This document shows, in pieces, positions 7,713 to 16,597 of a stretch of 48,303 nucleotides of DNA (positions within the stretch are counted from its first letter, which is position 1; each line of letters starts with the position of its first letter). This DNA comes from an uncultured Mycoplasmatota bacterium (lineage in GTDB: Bacteria; Bacillota_I; Bacilli_A; RF39; UBA660), in assembly GCA_946639185.1 (NCBI GenBank), contig CAMPBR010000003.1, positions 1 through 48,303 on the forward strand. Reading direction: 5' to 3'. The notes beneath the pieces are model-generated. The model saw only the letters and a list, made by a program, of their open reading frames with translations. It made no database searches and was not told the DNA's origin. A program made the translations under genes and the position numbers.

Positions 7713-8888
7713 TTACATAAGAGAAACTGTATCTAGCGCTATCATTAATTCTTCATTAGTTGGTACTACATAACAACTAACACTAGAGTCATCAGTCGAA
7801 ATTTTAACTTCTTCACCACAAACTTGATTTTTTTCTAAATCAATTTTAACTCCTAAACAAGTAAGTTTTTCCATTATAGCAAGTCTTGCAGCCGAAGCAT
7901 TTTCACCAAGTCCAGCAGTAAAGATAATAGCATCTACTCCACCAAGTTCTACATAATAAGAACCAATATAATTAGTAACAGTTCTTACATATTTATCAAA
8001 AGCTAATTTACATCTTTCATTACCTTCTAAAACACCTTTATAGATATCTCTAAAATCACTAGATACTCCACTTAAACCAAGAAAACCTGATTTTTTATTT
8101 AAATCACTAACAACATCTTCTACTTCTTTATCTTCTTTTTCCATAACATATGGAATTATTAATGGATCGATATCACCACTTCTTGTTCCCATCATTATAC
8201 CACATACTGGAGCAAATCCCATAGTAGTATCAACACTCTTACCATCTTTAACAGCACAAATTGATCCACCACTACCTAAATGACATATAATCGCTTTATA
8301 GTTTTCTTTTCCAAGTAATCTAGGAATTTCTTTACATATATATCTAAAACTTGTTCCATGGAAACCAAACTTACGAATATTATATTTTTGATACCATTCA
8401 TATGGTACTGGATAAAGATATGATACAGGATCCATAGTAGTATGGAATGTAGTATCAAAAACACCTACCATTGGAACATTAGGTAAAACAGCTTTAACTG
8501 CCTCTATCCCTAAAATATTAGCTGGAATATGAAGTGGAGCAAGTTCTGTTAAACTTCTTAAGTCTTCAATTACTTCATCAGTAATAACTACACTTTCTTT
8601 ATATTTTGTAGAACCATGAGCAAGTCTATGTCCTACACCTTCTATTTCATTTAAATCATTAATAATACCAATAGATATAAGTCTATCAAGTAATACTTCT
8701 ACTGCCTTTTTATGATCAGGAAGCTCTATTTCTTCTTTAATCTTTTCTCCATTATACTTAACAGTATAAAAACTATCATTAAGTCCAATTCTTTCAAAAA
8801 CACCTGATGCGATTAAACTCTCATCATTCATTTCAAATAAACTAAACTTTAAGGAACTACTTCCACAATTTACTGACATTACTTTCAT
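7713..8888 (-). CDS. Acetate (or other short-chain acid) kinase, paralog 1
   Basis: 391 aa. MKVMSVNCGSSSLKF, GHRLAHG, FDTTFHTTM, FGFHGTS, GTRSGDIDP and PTNEELMIA show that all canonical AckA catalytic positions are present. Confidence 0.85.
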   Translation of the reverse strand: MKVMSVNCGSSSLKFSLFEMNDESLIASGVFERIGLNDSFYTVKYNGEKIKEEIELPDHKKAVEVLLDRLISIGIINDLNEIEGVGHRLAHGSTKYKESVVITDEVIEDLRSLTELAPLHIPANILGIEAVKAVLPNVPMVGVFDTTFHTTMDPVSYLYPVPYEWYQKYNIRKFGFHGTSFRYICKEIPRLLGKENYKAIICHLGSGGSICAVKDGKSVDTTMGFAPVCGIMMGTRSGDIDPLIIPYVMEKEDKEVEDVVSDLNKKSGFLGLSGVSSDFRDIYKGVLEGNERCKLAFDKYVRTVTNYIGSYYVELGGVDAIIFTAGLGENASAARLAIMEKLTCLGVKIDLEKNQVCGEEVKISTDDSSVSCYVVPTNEELMIALDTVSLM

Positions 8889-8958
8889 GCTTTTTCCTTC
8901 TTTCTATGAGTATATTATACTATAAATATAAATCTTTTAAAAGATAAAGTTTTTCCAC

Positions 8959-8986
8959 TAAAAAAGAAGTAGAAATTCTACTTCTT
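8959..8986 (-). terminator. Rho-independent terminator after ackA paralog 2
   Basis: Stem AAGAAGTAG/CTACTTCTT (8964..8972 / 8978..8986), A-run on the plus strand. Confidence 0.65.
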
Positions 8987-8996
8987 AAATATTTAA

Positions 8997-10190
8997 TTAT
9001 TCACAATTACTTAATCTATAAGTATCTCTTGCTATCATTACTTCTTCATCAGTTGGAATTACATAAACAGGAATCTTAGAATCTACAGCTGATACTAATC
9101 CCTCTTTACCAAATCTAATAGCATCGTTCTTTTCTCTATCAATCTTAAATCCAAGACATGATAATCTATCAATAACCATACGTCTAACGTGTGGAGCATT
9201 TTCTCCAACACCAGCAGTAAATGCAATAGCATCAATTCTACCATTTAATTCAACATAATATCTAGCTATATAGTTAACGATTGAGTTAACAAATAAATAG
9301 TGAGCCATAATAGCTTGTTTATTCTTTTTAGCTATTTCTTCATCAATATCTCTAAAGTCAGATGATATTTCACTAGTTCCTAACATACCACTTTCTTTAT
9401 TTAAAATAGTATCAATTTCTTCTAGTGATAAACCACGTTTTTTAGCTATATATGGAATAATAGAATAATCAATATCACCACAACGTGATCCCATAATAAT
9501 ACCGGCATTAGGAGTAAATCCCATTGAAGTATCAACACATTTTCCATCTCTAACTAAAGAAATAGATCCACCATTACCAATATGACATACGATTACATTA
9601 GAATAATCTTTATCAACTAATTCACTTAATCTTTCAGATACATATCTATGACTCATTCCATGGAATCCATATTTTCTTACTCCATCTTTCTTATACCAAT
9701 CATATGGTACTGCATATAAATATCTATCTTCCTTCATAGTTTGATGAAAGGCTGTATCAAAACATGCAACTTGTACAGCATTAGGAATTTTTTTCATGAA
9801 TGCCTTAACACCCATTAAGTTAGCTGGATTATGAAGTGGAGCCAAACTTGATAAATCTTCAATTGTCTTAATAACATCTTTATCAATAACAACAGATTCA
9901 GAATATTTATCTCCTCCATGAACTATTCTGTGTCCAACCGCCTTAATCTCATCTAATGATTCGATTACTTTGTTTTCTAGTAATTCGTTAATTAAAATTT
10001 CAACACATACACCATGGTTTTTTAATTCAGCTTCTTTTTGAATTTTATCACCATTATATTTAATAGTGTAGAAGGCTTTATCTAAACCAATTCTTTCAAA
10101 TCTACCCGAAATTAAAACTTCCTCTTCTGGCATTTCATACATTTGAAATTTAAGTGATGAACTACCTGCATTAATAGATAATACTTTCAT
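8997..10190 (-). CDS. ackA: Acetate kinase, paralog 2
   Basis: MKVLSINAGSSSLKFQ, GHRIVHGG, FDTAFHQTM, FGFHGMSH, GSRCGDID, PTDEEVMIA. The start is set to ATG 10190 behind an AGGAGG RBS. Confidence 0.9.
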   Translation of the reverse strand: MKVLSINAGSSSLKFQMYEMPEEEVLISGRFERIGLDKAFYTIKYNGDKIQKEAELKNHGVCVEILINELLENKVIESLDEIKAVGHRIVHGGDKYSESVVIDKDVIKTIEDLSSLAPLHNPANLMGVKAFMKKIPNAVQVACFDTAFHQTMKEDRYLYAVPYDWYKKDGVRKYGFHGMSHRYVSERLSELVDKDYSNVIVCHIGNGGSISLVRDGKCVDTSMGFTPNAGIIMGSRCGDIDYSIIPYIAKKRGLSLEEIDTILNKESGMLGTSEISSDFRDIDEEIAKKNKQAIMAHYLFVNSIVNYIARYYVELNGRIDAIAFTAGVGENAPHVRRMVIDRLSCLGFKIDREKNDAIRFGKEGLVSAVDSKIPVYVIPTDEEVMIARDTYRLSNCE

Positions 10191-10269
10191 ATCAATCTTC
10201 CTCCTTGTATAATATAAATTATACATTATAAAAGAAGTTTTTCAATAGAAAAAAGAAAAAAAAGAATGT

Positions 10270-11097
10270 TTATCGCCACATTCTTTTAATCATTTCTTTT
10301 TCAAGTGATTTTTGCTTATCTAAATCAGTAATGCTATCATCTAATTCATAAGATAGATCATCTAAAATATGCATCATTCTATCTTTCATAACTTTATAAT
10401 ATCTAGCTTTATTTCTAGAAATAATTTTACCATTTAAAGTAGCCGTATACATAACAGACCAATCAAAATTTAAATCATTAAGAAATAAAATACGATTTTT
10501 ATCAAGTTTATATTTAGAATAATCATATCTTAAAGAAGAAACAAAGCTTCCCAATTTAAAACCATCAGCAAACTCAAAATAACGCGGGATATCTAAATCA
10601 CCAAATTTAGTATAATATTCCTCTAATCTAGAATATTTTTCATCCCACTTATTTGTATCTGATGACCATTTAGGATTTAATTTTTTTAATGTATGATTCA
10701 TTCTTGTAGTAAGAAAGTCTCTTTCTAAAGCGCATTTTTGCTGACTAAACCATAAACCTAATTGATATCCATCTGGTGAAATATAAGAAAATGGAACATT
10801 AGTTGATTGATATATATCATAAAAACATTGCAAATGCTTAAATCCTATATTCCACATCTCATCAATTAAATCCCACTTAAAGCCAACTTTTTCTAATAAA
10901 TATATACGTTCTTCAGACAAATGATCACCATTATATAAATCTCTTTGTTTTCTAACCCAATTCCATAATTTTACATTGTTTTCGGTAACATATTTAAACG
11001 GTACCTGGTTATTGTCATGCTCATTAAAATATTTAATTAATTCATTATAATACATTAACCATTCTTCTTTATTAGATTCTTTCAAACCAATCACCAC
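10270..11097 (-). CDS. Stand-alone helicase-associated (HA) domain repeat protein
   Basis: Three ~65-aa repeats of the form W...(Y/F)..L..(Y/F)......(V/I)P......G..LG.W(V/F)...R.........R...L..(L/V).F.W. There is no catalytic domain. The exact start is uncertain (GTG 11097, TTG 11085 or a downstream ATG). Confidence 0.6.
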   Translation of the reverse strand: MVIGLKESNKEEWLMYYNELIKYFNEHDNNQVPFKYVTENNVKLWNWVRKQRDLYNGDHLSEERIYLLEKVGFKWDLIDEMWNIGFKHLQCFYDIYQSTNVPFSYISPDGYQLGLWFSQQKCALERDFLTTRMNHTLKKLNPKWSSDTNKWDEKYSRLEEYYTKFGDLDIPRYFEFADGFKLGSFVSSLRYDYSKYKLDKNRILFLNDLNFDWSVMYTATLNGKIISRNKARYYKVMKDRMMHILDDLSYELDDSITDLDKQKSLEKEMIKRMWR

Positions 11098-11159
11098 CCT
11101 CTTTGGGAATAAAAAAACAATTGCATATTATATCACAATTTTAATAAAAAAGCAAATAC

Positions 11160-11187
11160 AAAAAAATAAGATAGAAATCTATCTTAT
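11160..11187 (-). terminator. Rho-independent terminator after the SASP gene
   Basis: Stem ATAAGATAG/CTATCTTAT (11166..11174 / 11179..11187), flanked by an A-run and a T-run, so potentially bidirectional. Confidence 0.7.
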
Positions 11188-11209
11188 TTTTCAAACACAC
11201 TTAGGTTAA

Positions 11210-11425
11210 TTATTTACCTTGGTAACTTCCGCTAATATTGTTCATTCCTGATTGAACTAAACGTCTAGTGATTTCACCACCAACGCTACCATTAGCTCTA
11301 GAAGTAGAATCAGCACCTAAATTAACACCAAATTCATTAGCTATTTCATATTTCATTTTTTCAATAGCTTGTTTAGCTCCAGGTACTCTCATTTTCATAG
11401 AATTATTATTTGAACTATTATTCAT
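11210..11425 (-). CDS. Alpha/beta-type small acid-soluble spore protein
   Basis: 71 aa. ...[44 protein letters not shown] is the SASP alpha/beta signature. The start is ATG 11425 behind AGGAGGTG; the ORF-track GTG lies inside that RBS. Confidence 0.9.
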   Translation of the reverse strand: MNNSSNNNSMKMRVPGAKQAIEKMKYEIANEFGVNLGADSTSRANGSVGGEITRRLVQSGMNNISGSYQGK

Positions 11426-11502
11426 GTGTTTCACCTCCTATACATTAATAGAATGTGAATTTTTTAATAAATCATACATTAATTTCTATGGAAAAATATG
11501 GA

Positions 11503-12687
11503 TTAAAGTAAATTTTCAAATTCTTTATCTTCTTCACTAGTTATATTAAGTGTTAATACATTATCAACTGTTTCATCAATTAATGTTTCATAATCAAACA
11601 TTGTTTCATTTAATAAACATTCACCTAAATTAGGATTAATTACTGGATGTTTAGGAACAAATATAGTACAGCAATCTTCAAATGGTAAAATACTAATATC
11701 ATAAGTATCTATTTTTTTAGCTATATCAATTATTTCTAATTTATCTAAACAAGCTACAGGTCTAATAACTGGCATATTAGTAACACTATTAATAACTGAC
11801 ATACTAGTTAAAGTTTGACTAGCTACTTGTCCAATAGACTCACCATTAATTATTACTAATCCTTTATTTCTTTTAGCTAATTTTTCCATTATGCGATACA
11901 TCATTCTACGCATAATAGTAATACAGTATTCAGGATTACATTCTTTATATATAGCTTCTTGAATTTTAGTAAATGGAACTATATGTAATTTCATAGAATC
12001 AGAATATTTACATAATTTTTTAGTTAAATCTATTACTTTTTTTCTAGCTTCTAAACTTGTATGTGGTATTGCCTCAAAATAAACAGCCTCAAGTTTAACA
12101 CCACGTTTTAAAGCTAAAAATCCAGCAACAGGTGAATCAATTCCACCACTTAACATAAGCATTCCTTTAGATTGAACACCAAGAGGATATCCACCTAATC
12201 CATAATACTTATCAGTATATAAATAAGTGTATCTTTCAAGTATTTCTATATCAAGTGTTGTATTTGGATTATGTACATCAACACTTAAATTACTATTATC
12301 TTTTAATACTACACCACCAATTTGTCTAGAAAACTCTATACTTTCAATTGGAAACTTCTTATCACTTCTTTTAGTAGCTACTTTAAAAGTACCAGTTTTT
12401 TCGTGCATAATAGTTCTAGCTGTTTCTTTAATAAGTTCTATATCACTATCAATCTTATAAGCAACTTGATAAGTATGAATACCAAATACTAAATTTAATT
12501 TTTCTAAAACCGTATCTAGATCATTATCATTAAACTCTATATACATACGAGAAATATCACGACTGATACTAACATCAAGACCTGACATTTTCTTCTTTAT
12601 ATTATTATATAAAGTATTTATAAAAAACTTTCTATTACCTTTCTTAGTAGTTAATTCTCCATATTTAATTAATACTACTCTATTCAT
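11503..12687 (-). CDS. thiI: tRNA 4-thiouridine synthase ThiI
   Basis: THUMP-like N-terminus (VLIKYGELTTKKGNR) and the PP-loop SGGIDSPVA. The start is ATG 12687 behind AAGAGGTAA. Confidence 0.9.
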   Translation of the reverse strand: MNRVVLIKYGELTTKKGNRKFFINTLYNNIKKKMSGLDVSISRDISRMYIEFNDNDLDTVLEKLNLVFGIHTYQVAYKIDSDIELIKETARTIMHEKTGTFKVATKRSDKKFPIESIEFSRQIGGVVLKDNSNLSVDVHNPNTTLDIEILERYTYLYTDKYYGLGGYPLGVQSKGMLMLSGGIDSPVAGFLALKRGVKLEAVYFEAIPHTSLEARKKVIDLTKKLCKYSDSMKLHIVPFTKIQEAIYKECNPEYCITIMRRMMYRIMEKLAKRNKGLVIINGESIGQVASQTLTSMSVINSVTNMPVIRPVACLDKLEIIDIAKKIDTYDISILPFEDCCTIFVPKHPVINPNLGECLLNETMFDYETLIDETVDNVLTLNITSEEDKEFENLL

Positions 12688-12726
12688 ATTATTACCTCTT
12701 TTCCACAAATAATGTTAATAACTTTT

Positions 12727-13857
12727 TTAAAATTTTAATTCTTTTATTTTCTTATCTAAAATTTCCACAAAAGTATCTATTTCTTCAACTGTAGTTAAAT
12801 AACTTAAACTAATTCTTAAAGAATATCCACTAATATCATGATTATATCCTAATGTAGTTAAAGTTAATGAATCACTATTATCTTTAGAACAAGCTGTTTT
12901 AGTAGAAATATAAATATTTTCTTCTTCTAAAGCATGTAACATAGTTTCTGGTTTAACTCCAGGAATACTTATATTTAAAATATGTGGTATACAAAAACTA
13001 TTACTATTTATAATAACACCATCAATTTTAGATAATTTATCTCTTAATAATGAATTTAAACTTTTAACATGGTCATACTTTTTATCTAAATCAGTGAGAG
13101 CTAGACGTAAAGCTTTACTAGTTGAAACTATTAAAGCAAGTGCCGGAGTTCCACTGCGATAATTAGATTGACTTTTTCCACCATGAATAATTGGATCTAT
13201 TTCTATATTATCTTTTTTAATTAATACTCCACATCCTTTAAGTCCATAAAATTTATGAGATGAAAAACTATATAAATCAATATTTTTTAAATCAATATTT
13301 ATCTTACCAACAGCTTGGGTTCCATCAACATGAAAAATAGTAGTTGGATACTTTTTTACAATTTCCCCAATCTTATTTACATTTTGAAGTATACCAACTT
13401 CACTGTTAACTTGACATATACTAACAAGAACAGTATCTTTATTTAATTTTTTTTCTAAATCTTCTAAATCAACTAAACCGTTTTCTAATATATTTACATA
13501 ATCAATTGTATAACCTTTTTTCTCTAAATAAGTCATACATTCTAAAACACTAGAATGTTCTAACTTAGTAGTTATAATATGCTTACCACGATTAGGATAT
13601 CTATTAATAGTACCAAATATAGCCAAATTATTTGATTCTGAAGCACCACTAGTTAAAATCACTTCATTTTCTTTAACATTTAATAAATTAGCTATTTGTT
13701 TAATAGAAGCATCCATTAATTTCTTAGACTCTAAACCTAATTTATGTAAAGAATTAGGATTACCAATATAATCTAAACTAACTTTACTAAATGTATCAAC
13801 CACATCTTTATTAGCTGGAGTAGTAGCACTATAATCTAAATAAATATTTTTTTTCAT
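12727..13857 (-). CDS. Class V aminotransferase / cysteine desulfurase (NifZ/IscS-like ThiI partner)
   Basis: 376 aa. YLDYSATTP, the SSHKFYGLKG lysine motif, and an ...ACS.. active-site Cys region. Its position next to thiI matches B. subtilis nifZ-thiI. Confidence 0.85.
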   Translation of the reverse strand: MKKNIYLDYSATTPANKDVVDTFSKVSLDYIGNPNSLHKLGLESKKLMDASIKQIANLLNVKENEVILTSGASESNNLAIFGTINRYPNRGKHIITTKLEHSSVLECMTYLEKKGYTIDYVNILENGLVDLEDLEKKLNKDTVLVSICQVNSEVGILQNVNKIGEIVKKYPTTIFHVDGTQAVGKINIDLKNIDLYSFSSHKFYGLKGCGVLIKKDNIEIDPIIHGGKSQSNYRSGTPALALIVSTSKALRLALTDLDKKYDHVKSLNSLLRDKLSKIDGVIINSNSFCIPHILNISIPGVKPETMLHALEEENIYISTKTACSKDNSDSLTLTTLGYNHDISGYSLRISLSYLTTVEEIDTFVEILDKKIKELKF

Positions 13858-13888
13858 AATATCACTTCCAAAATCTACAATATTATAT

Positions 13889-13916
13889 CAAAAAATAAAG
13901 ACTATTGCTAGTCTTT
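13889..13916 (-). terminator. Rho-independent terminator after ezrA
   Basis: Stem AAAGACTA/TAGTCTTT (13897..13904 / 13909..13916) overlapping the TAA stop, with a U-run on the minus transcript. Confidence 0.65.
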
Positions 13917-15627
13917 ATCCACCATATACATTTAATAATTTTTCTCTTATATCTTTTTCAACTATTTCTAAAGAGTTTAAAGATACTTCTAATGCATCTT
14001 TATAGTTACCTTTATGGTATAACATTTCAGCATTATCTAAGCCTTTATCAATTTCTTTAATAGTACTACGATATCTATTTCCATAAACAATAGCCATCTC
14101 TGCTAATTGCGCTGTTTTAACCATATTTGTAGTAGTTTTATAAAGTTTTAGTGCTAAATCACGAGCAGTATCAACTCTTACATTTAAAGTTTCAATAACT
14201 ATTGGCTTTTTATTAAGTTCATTAGCTATTTCATCTATTGCATCATTAGCTTCAGATAATTCAACAAAATAATTATTCATAATGATTGGTAATTTATAAC
14301 TACGAATAGTGAGTTTACATTGTTTTAATAAATCTCTTATTTCATCCAACTGACGACGAGCCCTTAATTCATCATCTTTCATACTACCTAAAGATTTTAA
14401 TGATTCATCTAAATGATTTTCAAGTTCAATAAGTAAATTTGATAATTTTTCAAGTTCTTTACTTAAATCAGTATAAGGAGTTTTAGCTTCTTTTTCATCT
14501 TTTAATAATTGATGATATTCTTTACGAATAGCTTCTAATTCTAATTTAATATTTTCAAGTTCTTTTACTTCTTCATCACTTAAATCATAAGAATTTCTAA
14601 TACTATCTAATTGTTTATATATATCTTTAATTATTTTAGATGTTTTCTTTAATTTAGTATCAAACGTACTAACTGTTTCACGATATATCTTTTTTGCTAA
14701 TTTTTCTTTTTCAATACTATCTAGAATATTATCTAAATAATCAAGTAATGTTTTAAGTTCAAACATACAATCATCTAAATTTAAAACTTTAATTCTATCT
14801 AAAATAGTACTAATATTTTTATAACATTCTTCCATATTATATTTAATATTTAAATAATCAAGATTATATCCTTCTTCTTGCATGCTTGTATTACTTTCAA
14901 CTATTTCTTCGATTCTTTTAGGAATTAACTTCTTAGCAAGTAACATAAGATTAGGAACTTCTACTACTACATTTCCCATATGATCAATCATAGTATCAAG
15001 AGCCTTAACAATATGTTTAACTTCATCATATTCATTTTCTTCCATACAATTATCAAAATCTAAAAATCTTTTTTCAATAGTTTCAAATTGTAACTCAATT
15101 GCATCTCCAATTTCATCATAATCCTCTTTGTGATTATTAAATTCAGCGTTTAGTTTACGATATTTAGATTTTAATTTAGTAACAATACTTCTATATTTTT
15201 CATCACTAATAGTTATTTCTTTAATTTCATCTAATAACTTATTAGCACCTTCTCTAACTTTATATACTTCCATTTCAACTTTAGCTATTCTTTGATCAAA
15301 TCCCTTATAATCATGCATATTAGAAGAAATATCAAGTTCATTAATCATATCATTAATTTTTTCTATTTTTTCATTTTTAATAACATCAAAACGTTTTTGC
15401 CAATTTTTATATTTTTCTTCCATCTTATCATTTTTAACAATAGCTTCTACTTTTTCAAGTTCAGAATAAACAGGAGTAGAAGCAATAAGATTCTTTTCTT
15501 TATCAAGTCTTTCTACTTGAGTTCTAAAAGAGTTGTATTGGTATTTTTTTAAAATGACTAAAACAACTGTTACTAATATAACAGCCACAATAAAAAAAGT
15601 ACCAATTAATAAGTAAACGCCACTCAT
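13915..15627 (-). CDS. ezrA: Septation ring formation regulator EzrA
   Basis: 570 aa with a single N-terminal TM helix followed by long coiled-coil repeats. Its position between the desulfurase/thiI genes and rpsD matches Bacillus. Confidence 0.8.
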   Translation of the reverse strand: MSGVYLLIGTFFIVAVILVTVVLVILKKYQYNSFRTQVERLDKEKNLIASTPVYSELEKVEAIVKNDKMEEKYKNWQKRFDVIKNEKIEKINDMINELDISSNMHDYKGFDQRIAKVEMEVYKVREGANKLLDEIKEITISDEKYRSIVTKLKSKYRKLNAEFNNHKEDYDEIGDAIELQFETIEKRFLDFDNCMEENEYDEVKHIVKALDTMIDHMGNVVVEVPNLMLLAKKLIPKRIEEIVESNTSMQEEGYNLDYLNIKYNMEECYKNISTILDRIKVLNLDDCMFELKTLLDYLDNILDSIEKEKLAKKIYRETVSTFDTKLKKTSKIIKDIYKQLDSIRNSYDLSDEEVKELENIKLELEAIRKEYHQLLKDEKEAKTPYTDLSKELEKLSNLLIELENHLDESLKSLGSMKDDELRARRQLDEIRDLLKQCKLTIRSYKLPIIMNNYFVELSEANDAIDEIANELNKKPIVIETLNVRVDTARDLALKLYKTTTNMVKTAQLAEMAIVYGNRYRSTIKEIDKGLDNAEMLYHKGNYKDALEVSLNSLEIVEKDIREKLLNVYGG

Positions 15628-15746
15628 ACTTTCGCTCCCCTATCCTAACTATATTATTATTTTAACATATAAATACAATTTTTTCTTCTTTTTTTTAGAT
15701 ATTTTTTAAATTTGGCATTCCCATATAAACAAATATTAAAAAAAGA

Positions 15747-15775
15747 TTGACTTTTTCCTTTATTTTATATATAAT
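15747..15775 (+). promoter_or_regulatory. Consensus SigA promoter of rpsD, followed by a ~150-nt leader
   Basis: TTGACT (15747..15752), 17 nt, TATAAT (15770..15775). The long 5' UTR up to ATG 15930 is consistent with S4 autoregulation as known in Bacillus. Confidence 0.7.
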
Positions 15776-15929
15776 TTAACTTGCATATTCATGAAACAGT
15801 GTTATTAAATTTATTAATGTGTTTATGAAATTGGCAAGTAACTTCACTGTTGGTGAAAACCTCAAACATAAACTCCCTAATAAATATTGTTTCTTCGTTT
15901 ATGACAATAAAATGAAGGAGGATTTGTAT

Positions 15930-16532
15930 ATGTCAAGATATACAGGATCAAGTTACAAACAAGCTCGTAGAGTTGGATTCTCACTTTTAGAAAATGGTAA
16001 AGAATTAGCTCGTCGTCCTTACGGTCCAGGTCAACATGGAGCTGATCGTAAAGGAAAATTATCTAACTATGGAGAACAATTAAAAGAAAAGAACAAAGTT
16101 AGATTTATGTATGGATTAAATGAAAGACAATTCCATAAGACTTTCAAAGAAGCTGAAAAAATGAAAGGTATGCATGGTGATAACTTCTTAAAATTACTAG
16201 AATCTAGATTAGATAACGTAGTTTATCGTTTAGGTTTAGCAACTACAAGAAGAGGAGCAAGACAAGTAGTTAACCATGGTCATATCACAGTTAATGGAGT
16301 TAAAGTTGATATTCCATCATACAGAGTTAAACCTGGAGATGTAGTAGCAGTTAAAGAAAACTCTAAAGACCATAAAGCTATTTTATCAGCACTTGAAAAA
16401 GTTACTAAAAGAGTTGAGTTTGTTACATTTGATGAAAAGAAACTTGAAGGTAAATTAGTAAGATTACCTGAAAGAAATGAATTAAATGCTGATATTAATG
16501 AAGCATTAATCGTTGAATTCTACAACAGATAG
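15930..16532 (+). CDS. rpsD: 30S ribosomal protein S4
   Basis: [19 protein letters not shown]...RPYGPGQHG... 200 aa, with a GAAGGAGGA RBS. The ORF-track start at 15819 is an in-frame upstream extension. Confidence 0.97.
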   Translation: MSRYTGSSYKQARRVGFSLLENGKELARRPYGPGQHGADRKGKLSNYGEQLKEKNKVRFMYGLNERQFHKTFKEAEKMKGMHGDNFLKLLESRLDNVVYRLGLATTRRGARQVVNHGHITVNGVKVDIPSYRVKPGDVVAVKENSKDHKAILSALEKVTKRVEFVTFDEKKLEGKLVRLPERNELNADINEALIVEFYNR

Positions 16533-16536
16533 AAAT

Positions 16537-16567
16537 AAAAACTTCGCAAAAAGCGAAGTTTTTTTTA
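16537..16567 (+). terminator. rpsD terminator
   Basis: Stem ACTTCGC/GCGAAGT (16541..16547 / 16553..16559) followed by a T-run. Confidence 0.85.
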
Positions 16568-16571
16568 TGCA

Positions 16572-16597
16572 TAAAAAAAGTAGGAATTATTCCTACT
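16572..16597 (-). terminator. Terminator of the tyrS / 541-aa protein unit
   Basis: Stem AGTAGGAA/TTCCTACT (16579..16586 / 16590..16597) overlapping the TAG stop, with a U-run on the minus transcript. Confidence 0.65.

Noticed and set aside
8276-8464. 62-aa same-strand, out-of-frame ORF inside ackA paralog 1
   Set aside because: It is nested in a different frame of a gene with clear AckA homology throughout. No start signals are present.
11268-11540. 90-aa plus-strand ORF overlapping the SASP gene and the thiI 3' end
   Set aside because: It runs antisense to two confidently identified genes and has a hydrophobic, low-complexity translation typical of antisense frames.
12227-12460. 77-aa plus-strand ORF inside thiI
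   Set aside because: It is antisense to thiI, has no RBS, and its Ser/Leu/Ile-rich composition looks like an artefact.
15292-15552. 86-aa plus-strand ORF inside ezrA
   Set aside because: It is antisense to ezrA. The Phe/Ile/Asn-rich translation is characteristic of antisense AT-rich coding sequence.
15779-15851. H-type pseudoknot in the rpsD leader (ACTTGC/GCAAGT interleaved with AACAGTG/CACTGTT)
   Set aside because: The first arm (15779..15784) overlaps the predicted transcription start just downstream of the -10. It may therefore not be fully transcribed, and short complementary hexamers are common in AT-rich DNA. I kept only the statement that a long leader exists.
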